Assembly (NCBI GenBank): GCA_000091205.1
Contig: AP006499.2
Reading direction: 5' to 3' (one strand)
Length of the DNA: 64,000 nucleotides
Source of the DNA: Cyanidioschyzon merolae
Taxonomy: Eukaryota
Position numbers and translations under genes: made by a program. Below are positions 1-9,088 of the stretch, in pieces. Each line of letters starts with the position of its first letter. The stretch's first letter is position 1. A model generated the notes under the pieces. The model did not search any database. It had not been told where the DNA came from and worked only from the letters and a program-made list of their open reading frames with translations.

Positions 1-789
1 CGCAAACGCAGATCTTCCAGAGACACCGCAACGTCTTCACTTGATGCGCGAATCATGAACACAGCAGCATAAACTCAAGGTTGCAGCCCAACCTAGATGA
101 TATCCCAAAGCAGACTTACAAAGTGTAACCAGTCCTACCACAGGGCCGGCACTTGCCCTCCCGAACACAACCCAGACCGAACAATACGAATTGATTGTAT
201 AGAGCAGGCCGTTGGAGCCGACTACGAGGTTTGGCTTCGCCAATCGCGCGCGCCAGCTCAACGCGCATTCGGTTACCGCAAGTGCATCGCAGAAATCAGA
301 CAAAGGCGACGTCGCACGGAGCACACTTCAAATGAAACGGCGTCGTGATTGGAGCAGTGCCAGGAGCGCCGCGCACACCTCAGATGAAACGCATTCGCAT
401 GCGTGTGTGGCTGCGTGTGTTCGGATCGACGAGCGTCAGGCGCACTGCGATGCGCCTCAGTGCAGCAGCAGCAGCAACGAGATCGGCACAAGATTACGAA
501 GCGATGCGTGCCGGCGCGCGCGTTGTTTCCGAGATCCCAGGCGTCGACGCGTCGATGGTGGTGGTGGTGGCAGGCGGGCGCCTGGATCTCCATGTATGTC
601 AGGGCGGTACTGCGATGGGCAGTAGCGTCGGCACCAGCGACAGAGCCTATAGCAAGAGATTATTCTACGTGAGTTTCCGATCTACGAGACTTTATTTCAG
701 CTGCAGCACGATGCGAACACGCATGTGCCAAGGCGGGGTCTTGGACACGTGTCCTTCATCGATCGGTGAGGCGTCTCGCGCGGTGCACG

Positions 790-3545
790 CATCTCGCGAA
801 GTGAGCGCATCTGGGGGATCAGGCAGTCAATTGGAGCGACGCGCGTGTCGCCGTTGTTGAAGGGAAACGCGATGTTGATCTCTAGTGTGTTGTTCAGCTG
901 TAAAAGTTGTATTTGCGTTGGAGTCGAACAAAAATATAGTTTTCAATTCATTTGTGTTTCAGCCCTCAAACAAGTCTAGTCAAGTGTTCTTTCGCAGTAT
1001 ATAACAGAAGGGTTCACAGAGCGTTCTTTCTCAAGAAACTGAAAAAAGAAAAGTTATGAAAAGCAAGTCCACGATCCTGGAGGCCCAGGGCCGCCGGCTG
1101 CCAGACAAAAAAAACGAAAAACAGTGCCGAGTCCAGAAGAAAAGGAAGAGAAGAAGAACCGAAATGGGGAGGCCCTACGTCGAAGGCTGCAAGAAAGACG
1201 ACAGTACAACGAGATGGTGGTGAAAGCCTTTCTTCTTGGACATATCAAGGATCCGTACAGGGAAAAGTTGCGAGACGCTATCGAAAAACTTGTCGACTCG
1301 TACTCCAAGAGTACTGTCAAGGCGTCGTCAGGACTGATGCATTTGGCGAGGGAGATGTACGAAGACGTGGCGCACATGGAAACGGTCGAGATTCCGGACG
1401 AGTTTTTCGACAAGACGTTTATTCGTCACCTGATGCTTGGTACAGCGGAAACGCGGAGGGAAAATGAGCGGGTTCACGCTCTTCACGAAAACTTCGCGGA
1501 GCTCCGCTTCGAGAGTAATCGATACAGGGGTGATCGGGATATTTAGACAAACGGAGCGAAAAAGCACATCACCAGTCTGAAGTACCATTTGACAGTGAAC
1601 ATCGAACGTTTCGTGATACGGGCCGTGTTTCCACTCTACTCGAGCCTATCTCGCAATGGAAAATGGGCGATTATCAATGACATCACGAACGATCGTAATC
1701 ATGAAGATGAGGTCGAATTTGTCGACAAGAAGGCGGCAAACCAGAGCACGAATGAAGCTTCTGAAATCCGTGCGGTTATACAAGAGCACCGTGCGGTACT
1801 AGGGTTGGCGAATCCAACAGAAAAGATATCAGAGCTGAAAAAAGATAAGGAAAGATGCTATCGCCTCGTCTTACGGTATTTCGCGTTTTCGTTCCGAGAA
1901 CTCGAACCCAAGACCGAAAAGCGTCTGAGTAGGGGAAAAATGCAGAGTCGGAGAGACGGAAGGTTTTTGCAATGGGGAAGCGCTTCAACGTGGTTCCAAT
2001 GTGCAACATTAAGTCACATTTTGTGAGTATCGACTCCGGCGTCCTTTACGGCATCATGAAAGAGATCTGTCGGAGTTCAGTGTCAGCAGGGAGGAATTCA
2101 CCGGCGAAAACCGGGAGACGTACTGGAGGATTAACTTCAATTTCAAACGTCTGGAAGCGAGCAAACAGCAGGTATTCACTGGAATGATCGAAACCGATGG
2201 AGTAGCCTTGCGTGTACACTATCGGCGGTTGAAGAAAGATCGTCCAGTTCCGCCCTCGGCGAACCATGAAGATGAGAAGGAGGCGGATCCTGTGACGCAG
2301 GAGGTGGAGGATAACGACTTTATGGTTGGCGCGGCGAAGCATAAAGATGGGAAGGAGGCGGGTCCTGCGACGCAGGAGGTGGAGGATAACGACCTTGTCG
2401 TTGACGTAACGAAGGATGAAGATAAGAAGGAGGCGGATCCTGCGATGCAGGAGGTGGAGGATAGCCACATTGTCGTTAGCGCTACGAAGCATGAAGAAAA
2501 GAAGGAGGCGGGTCTTGAGACGCAGAAAGTGCATGATGACGACTTTGTCGTTGGCGCTGACCCCAGAAACACAAATATCATCACCATCGCAGCACCGAAG
2601 CGCGCAGAAGATAGTACTGACGGTAACTTGCGTCAGAAAGACATGCGTCTGCTGAGGTTCTCGAGAGCGAGATACGGCCGAGAATCGGGAATCATGAATG
2701 CAAGGAACAAAATCGAGACTTGGAATACAGGAATGAAGGATCTCCTGGAAGCTATGAGCAAGGTGACGAGCCGAGGAGCGGACTTTCATGCTTTTCGGGA
2801 GTTTATGCAAGTTCGTGTTGCTCATTGGGATGCACTGTGGGAGGAGTATACAAAGCCCCGGTGGGCTCGGTTGCGTATGAATTTGTACAGTGGGAAGCAG
2901 CGGGAGTTCGCGATCTTTTTCAATCACTTGAGTGCCCTCAAAGAGGACAAGACTCAAAGGCTCGTAGTAGCATACGGAGCAGGGCGCTGGGCGCCCAAGA
3001 AAGGTACTACGCCAGCTCCAACGACGAGGATGTACAAGTCGTGTGCACGGCGTTTTCTTACAATACCTGTAGATGAGTTTCGAATGTCCTACACACACCT
3101 CGAGCTGGTTTGTACACTTCAGAGGGTCGAGATGGAAAAGTGCCAGCCGAGCCCTGAGGAAATAGCAAAGTACGGACCGCTGACGGAGGAGCAAATGGAA
3201 AGGAGAGCGAAATTTCGTGGACTACTGGCACTGGTGAGTACAACTCCCAACGGCACGAATCGTATGGAGTTTGTTAACCGAGACTTTAACGCCGCTCTCA
3301 ATATAAGGAAATGTGCGGTGCTGGAGACGAGACCTCCAGAGTGGACAAGAGGGAACTTTTTTGGACAACCTCTTCAAGTTCAGTTATATGAGAAGAAGTT
3401 GGAAGCAGCAGTAGGTGGCCGGTCGAAAGAAACTGGAAGGCGTCTGTACGTCAGTTGGAGACTTCTTGGCTAGGGCACGGTTGCCGCCACTACTGTACAC
3501 CGCTGGCGTCGTTCGACTTTCGAACGGCGTTCGGATGCGGCGGAC
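790..3545 (+). mobile_element. TnpB/Fanzor-like (RuvC-nuclease) transposon, copy 1; pseudogenised
   Basis: About 2.7 kb homologous over its whole length to the reverse complement of 23445-26065 and 53700-56530. The 5' non-coding leader 'gcatctggggg..gtcgccgttg(ttg)aagggaaacgcgat..' is shared. The ORF encodes RuvC-I '[20 protein letters not shown]', '[25 protein letters not shown]' and RuvC-III 'NRDFNAALNIRKC'. A conserved tail 'ccactactgtacaccgctggcgtcgttcg' continues past the stop codon. Boundaries are approximate (+/-30 bp). Confidence 0.7.
1056..3473 (+). pseudogene. Fanzor/TnpB-like nuclease ORF of copy 1, interrupted
   Basis: Pieces 1056.., 1124..1546 (in-frame TAG where copy 3 reads YIYGAMKY), 1589..2026, 1972..2187 and 2184..3473 (429 aa intact C-terminal RuvC-like core). 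Frameshifts and the nonsense codon were found by comparison with the other two copies. Confidence 0.7.
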
Positions 3546-3567
3546 TCTTCGGCAGTTTTCGCTCACC

Positions 3568-5271
3568 ATGACACAGGTAGTCAAGAGAAGTGATGCGGAA
3601 ACCGAGTCCTCGTTGGGCGCATACGAGCGCGAGCGACTCGCGCGGATGGAACGGAATCGTATGCTCATGGAAAAGCTGGGTGTCACCTCACTTTCGAACC
3701 GGCTCGAGACGATCACGACTGTTCGGGAGCAAGCCCTCAAACCCATAGGTTACTCGAAACGCACGCCAAAGGCGGAGAAAAGGGCGCGCAATTCTGAAAA
3801 CGAAGTAGACCGTGGAGAGCTGGAGCCACGGCGTCGTTCGCTTCGTGTGCGGGGAATCGCCCCGGCCGGAGCTGGAACATCAGCAGAGGAACCGAAAAAT
3901 AGCCAGCTACAGCTGAAGGAAGAGGAAACATCAAGAGGTCCGTTTTTGGAAGACCAGACGTTCGCAGAGGTTGCCCTAGAAAACTATGGTGCCACTAGCG
4001 AAAGCTCCATGGTCAACGACGACTACGACCGCAGCGACGTAGACGACGTCGATGGTAACAAAGACGACGGAGACCAGAAGAGCTTGTGTACGCGGCGCGC
4101 CAGGTTGTTCCAGCGAGCCTGGTGCGGTGCAATGGCATGCACTTCCTTGTCGACAAGTGAGCATCTCGCGAAGGATCCAAGCCGTTTTCACCGCTGGGTG
4201 CTGGACGAGGCCTCGGGCTTCTTCAAGCTTGTTCCAGCACGTATTTATTCCGCAACCATGCATCCGCGTCTCGATGCATGGACCATGATGGTTGGCGACA
4301 AGGCAGGTCATGTGGGCCTTGCTGTTGTACCACGGGAACGCGTCGCAGAACATGCTGTTCAGGTGCTGTGTATGCGAGTTCACCGCGACACAACCGCTGG
4401 CATGGCACCACGTGCGGGTTCCGCCAACTCCCAACAGCTGCTAACAGTGTCCTACGACGGCAGTGCGCGCTTGCTAGATATCGAAAAACAAACAATTCAG
4501 ACAGTCCTCGTCGATGAGCGAGAACGAATTTTCAAGAGCATAGCGCTCAGTACAGAGAACGACAACGTCTTTTGGACCACTGCCAGCCATCGCTCACTTG
4601 GTGGATTCCTGGTTCGCCACGACCTTCGACAGAGCCAGAAATCGTTCGATGCTTTCGGTATCTCTGACAGCAGAGTCTACTCTGTTAGTTTACAGCATCA
4701 GGGCGCTGCAGGAGCAGTCCCCGGCCATGACGGTCTGCTGGCGGTCACGACGGCGCGAGATGGTGTTCTCATTTTTGATCAGCGTCGAATCGAGACTGGC
4801 GCTACTCGCCGATCAACATCAAAACCGCTTTTTGCTCTACCACACGAGCGCGCAACAACTGCAGCAACTTGGTCTCCGTCGGCGACGCGGCTGCTGACCA
4901 CCTGCTACGATGACTTGCTACGCATATGGCATTACGACGGCAGCGAGTGCTCGCTCGAACACCGCTTTGTACACAACAATCACACCGGTCGATGGGTTAC
5001 GCCTTTTGAGGCATGCTGGGACCCAGCTACGGACCACAAGATTTTTGCGTGTGGATCCATGAATCATAACCCGGTCCATGGCGTGGACCTCTTCCACGTG
5101 GAGCTCAACAAACGATCAGTCTGGAATCGGTTGACTGGCGAGCCCATGACGGCGATTGCGGCTGTCCTGGCCTGGCACCCGGCAGGGCATGCGCTCATAG
5201 GCGGGACTGCATCAGGCAGGGTATATCTATGGGGCGAAGCTCACGGATCTGAGGGCGTCCTCGCAGCGTGA
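3568..5271 (+). CDS. WD40-repeat protein (possibly WDR76/Cmr1-like)
   Basis: The ORF 3415..5271 begins inside the transposon tail, so the likely start is the ATG at 3568 (MTQVVKR). The C-terminal half has WD-like segments (LLAVTTARDGVLIFD, TCYDDLLRIWHYDGS) and the N-terminal part is acidic low-complexity. Confidence 0.45.
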   Translation: MTQVVKRSDAETESSLGAYERERLARMERNRMLMEKLGVTSLSNRLETITTVREQALKPIGYSKRTPKAEKRARNSENEVDRGELEPRRRSLRVRGIAPAGAGTSAEEPKNSQLQLKEEETSRGPFLEDQTFAEVALENYGATSESSMVNDDYDRSDVDDVDGNKDDGDQKSLCTRRARLFQRAWCGAMACTSLSTSEHLAKDPSRFHRWVLDEASGFFKLVPARIYSATMHPRLDAWTMMVGDKAGHVGLAVVPRERVAEHAVQVLCMRVHRDTTAGMAPRAGSANSQQLLTVSYDGSARLLDIEKQTIQTVLVDERERIFKSIALSTENDNVFWTTASHRSLGGFLVRHDLRQSQKSFDAFGISDSRVYSVSLQHQGAAGAVPGHDGLLAVTTARDGVLIFDQRRIETGATRRSTSKPLFALPHERATTAATWSPSATRLLTTCYDDLLRIWHYDGSECSLEHRFVHNNHTGRWVTPFEACWDPATDHKIFACGSMNHNPVHGVDLFHVELNKRSVWNRLTGEPMTAIAAVLAWHPAGHALIGGTASGRVYLWGEAHGSEGVLAA

Positions 5272-6965
5272 TTAGATCCACACGGTCGAGAATTCTAGAG
5301 CGAAACCACAGATCGCTTTGTAAGGATTCGCAGCGAGTACTCGGCCGCGACGACGATATCGAGAAAGAAAAGGGTAACAGCACGGCACTGGAATGACGTT
5401 GGCATGCGTTATGCCACGAATGACAGCACCAGTCGACAATGAGATGTTTGTCTGCTCGAGCGTTGGCGAAGAGAGAGACTTGATGATGATGATGATGATG
5501 ATGATGACGGGCCTGGGTCCTGAGCTGAAGAGCATCGTTGCCACCGCCGAATCTCTAAGTAAAAAAGGGCACAGCCGAAGACTTCAACAAGAACGCAGAT
5601 GCTGCTGCTCAACTTTTCCAGTGCTCGGTATCATCGACACTCGGGTATCATGGACGCCAGGAGGCATACCATCAAGAGGAATAGAGACGTCAGGTCCCAT
5701 TCCGACGCTCCGAACACCGTATCGAGCAGAGGATGGCGCTGTGTTCGCTTCATTGAGAGCGCTTCTGTATGCGTCCAAATCGCATATGCAGACGATTTAA
5801 GGCAGAAGTACATGAGATCCTGGTGCGGTTAGCAACGGTTGCAGTTTTATGGAGCCAAGAGGCGTAAATTCACCAACTTATTGAAAAGGGCATCTTAAGA
5901 AATGACCTACGATTCGCGTCGTTCGCTGGTATCCTATACCGTTGGACGCGCTATGCCAAGCCAAACCTGCACTGCTGTTCCTTCGAAGAGCACGTCTAGT
6001 GAGTGCAGGGATCGATGCAGCACGATTTCCATCCATGCGTTCAGTGCGAGACGGACGCCTCGCGAGCGAGGGTGCAGCTCGAAACATAGAGAGAAAAAGA
6101 ACGCGGAATAGAAAAGGATGCACGAGATCGTATACAGTATGCTGACGAAACGGCCATTTGCGCGGAAATCGCAAGTCAGCGACTTGCTATGATGTGATTC
6201 CATCGGCAAACACGTACACAAGCAGTTCCTGCACCCAGGCATCAAGGACTCGATCTCCATACGGGTGTGTCTCGTGCATCGGGAGGGTCCACGGGCTTTA
6301 TGCTGAGCGGAATTTCGAGAGAATGATGTAACATGCAGTATGGGTATTGTGCTGAATCGCCCAATAACTGCGATGATGAAACAAATCAATGGCGAGGAGA
6401 AATGGGATTTGATTCTGAACTGCAGCGAGGCACCGGTTTGGTGCGCTTCAGTAACCGAGAAAGTCTGCGTCCCTAAAGGAATACATCGGGGAGAAAGTTC
6501 CGGTAAAGCTGGTGAGCAATAATGGTGCTCCATAATTCGATATTCAGAGTTCTGCGAAAATGATCACAGCATACGACTTGGTTGAATATACGCACCGAAG
6601 ATGTGCAGCTGCCGCGATGTCAGCAATGTATCCTTCTGTGGCAAATCGCCAGGTCAGCGCCCAAGCTGCTTTTCAACGTGTTCCTGACTCGACAAATCAA
6701 TCACGAATCAAGTAGGCGGTTCTCTGTGGTCGTATCCATGAACTGAAGACAGTGAAACGCTCAAACAGCGACGATTTTGAGGACGATGATAGCTACTACA
6801 GCCTCGACGCCTCGCGGCATGAGATGCGGACGCAATCGAGCGAAGCAAACTTCTTCAGCGCTGTTCATCCAGCCATGGGAAGAGCGCCAGCCAGCGGCTT
6901 ACTCAACTGCGAAAGCGATCCGAGGATGTATCGCGCAGCCCGCCGACGTGACGCCTCAACAGACG

Positions 6966-8357
6966 TCACGTCGGAAGTTCGCTGACCACGGACTGCAGAC
7001 CCCAGTGCATGCGAATGGTATCACGAATCCAAGTGCGTCGAGCCTTCTCGATACGTTCCATGAAACGCGCACCATAGGTTCGTCTAAGCCTACTCCGGGC
7101 GATCCAGCGAGAGAACTCTGGCAAGGTCAATGGTGCTTTGCTCGTTAGACGACCACGCTTCCTGGTCGGCGATAACGGACCAGGATCTACGCCTGGAGAA
7201 CCTGTCGCCGCTGCATACTCTTGTTCGCGTCGTCTCCACTCCTTCGCTAGCAAATGTACGTCCGCAATTACTTCGGGTGCTTTGGCTCGAGCGAGAATCA
7301 ATGGCCCATATTCCGATACAAATGCAAAGTAGAGGGCAGGATCTGCTAGCGCGCGACGCTCCTGCTCCAAAACCATAGTGTAATGTGCGATCACGAACGC
7401 GTCGCTCTCGTCGTAGCCAATCGAGTCACTGGTAAGCTCCACAGACCCACGTGTATCGTGCCCGGCAGCTTGTGCGTCTGGCAACGCTACACCGGGCGAC
7501 AGCGGCCTGCTGGAACGTTCGAGCCAGGGTCGTACACGTTCGAGCACCACCGCCTTGACGGAGTGCTCATCGGAAGCAGCGTCCGAGTACAGGGCACGCC
7601 CGGTGAGTCCGAACCATCCTCGGGCTTCGGATGGATGGATGCTCAGCGGTTCGTGCACACAACCCAGCCGTCGACTCATTTCGTAGGCAATGAGCGTGTT
7701 CAGTTCGGCAAGCCGGAAGAGGCTGTTGGTGCGAAAACGACCGGGGGTGTAACAGCGCATGTAGGCCTCCACACCGATCACAAACGGGCAGCCAGCTGTG
7801 TCTTCCTGTTGCAGACGCTCGTGGGCAGCAGCAACAGGAGCCGCTGCTGATACCTGATCGCATATCTGCGCCACCTTCGCGTAGGTGCCAGTTGTGCGCG
7901 TTGTCGAAACCTGCCCAAGAGCTATCAAGTGGTTTATCTGCGATGCAGAAGACACGTACGCGTAGCCGGTATTCTGGGTGCTGATGTCCAGCCCGAGCGC
8001 CACAAACGGCACTCGCAGCAACGCCTCCAAACGAGCAGCTGCCTCGCAGCTCTCGCCAGCACTGCACTCGCTCCAAGCGCTCGTCGTCGAAGAGTCTTTC
8101 TCGACCTCTGTCAGACCGCAGCTCCCAAAACTTCGCCCTTTCTTGAGCACACCAGGAAATATTTGTTTCTGCTTTAGATCGGAAAGTGCAAGAGCGGCTG
8201 CAGGCAGCGTCGCTCGCGACTCGAGATCACCCCAGAGGCCACAGCGCGAAACTCGCAACGCATGTAAAGCTCGTAATCGACACCTGGAACCTATTTTGTT
8301 GCATGCTTGAGCCAAGGAGCATTTCTGACAATTTCCACGAGGGATCACGACCCACAT
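6966..8357 (-). CDS. RuvC/Ydc2(Cce1)-like RNase-H-fold nuclease; putative mitochondrial Holliday-junction resolvase
   Basis: 463 aa ORF. The motif 'VALGLDISTQNTGYAYVSS' resembles the first catalytic motif of Cce1/Ydc2 and YqgF (hydrophobic-x-D-x-G-x-x-N-x-x-YA). Confidence 0.35.
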   Translation of the reverse strand: MWVVIPRGNCQKCSLAQACNKIGSRCRLRALHALRVSRCGLWGDLESRATLPAAALALSDLKQKQIFPGVLKKGRSFGSCGLTEVEKDSSTTSAWSECSAGESCEAAARLEALLRVPFVALGLDISTQNTGYAYVSSASQINHLIALGQVSTTRTTGTYAKVAQICDQVSAAAPVAAAHERLQQEDTAGCPFVIGVEAYMRCYTPGRFRTNSLFRLAELNTLIAYEMSRRLGCVHEPLSIHPSEARGWFGLTGRALYSDAASDEHSVKAVVLERVRPWLERSSRPLSPGVALPDAQAAGHDTRGSVELTSDSIGYDESDAFVIAHYTMVLEQERRALADPALYFAFVSEYGPLILARAKAPEVIADVHLLAKEWRRREQEYAAATGSPGVDPGPLSPTRKRGRLTSKAPLTLPEFSRWIARSRLRRTYGARFMERIEKARRTWIRDTIRMHWGLQSVVSELPT

Positions 8358-9088
8358 GACGCGATAGGCGAAAACCTGCTCCTACTACACTCGGCAAGCA
8401 GGGACTTGGGGCCGCCTCACAGCTTCCCGCGTGCCGCTGCATGCGGGAGCGCACGCGAGGTTTGGCGCCACATCGCCATGGTGTTGCTGTAGAAGCTGTA
8501 TAAAAAGGACATCCCCCCACGCGTGCCACTGCATGCTCGTTTCCGTGCTGCCTTGCATGCCTCCCTCATTCCCTAGAAAGCATTTCCAGTAGAGGCTGTG
8601 CGAGTCGCGGATGCAACTCGTGATCGTCTCTCAGCCTGCTTACTCTGGGCACTGGGTGTCACGGAAGCACATCCCAGGCCGAGGATGCGAACTCGACTCG
8701 ATGTACACCGTGTGTCATGACAGCAGCACGAGCGGCAGTGCGTGCCTTTGCGAACAGATCCCCAGCAAGGCGCTGCATGCAACCAGGTTTTCAGTGCTCA
8801 GTCATCGATAGGTCGATACTGAAGCGTTCAAAGCCTAAGTGGACGTGTTTTACCGTAGGAACAGTTCGGAGCAGCGTACAAGTGGCGGGAGGCCTTTCAT
8901 CGGCGCCCATTGGAACCGTGCGCACCTCGTGAGCGCTCTCTGGAGCCTTGCACACCACTGGGGAGCTCAGGAGCTGCAGTCCAGCACGGTGTTGTGCCAG
9001 TTCTGCTGCACGATAGCAGCAGCGGCGGCGTTGACAGCGCCCTGCAGTTGGAGCATACGAAACGGCGGACATCTGTCAACGATGCACT

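Noticed and set aside
3415-3567. Upstream extension of the WD40 ORF (MAGRKKLEGVC...)
   Set aside because: This part is the conserved 3' tail of transposon copy 1, homologous to the tails of copies 2 and 3. The host gene most likely starts at 3568.
7383-8076. 155 aa + strand and 169 aa minus strand ORFs
   Set aside because: They are nested within or antisense to the Ydc2-like gene, have no motifs and are Arg/Cys-rich.
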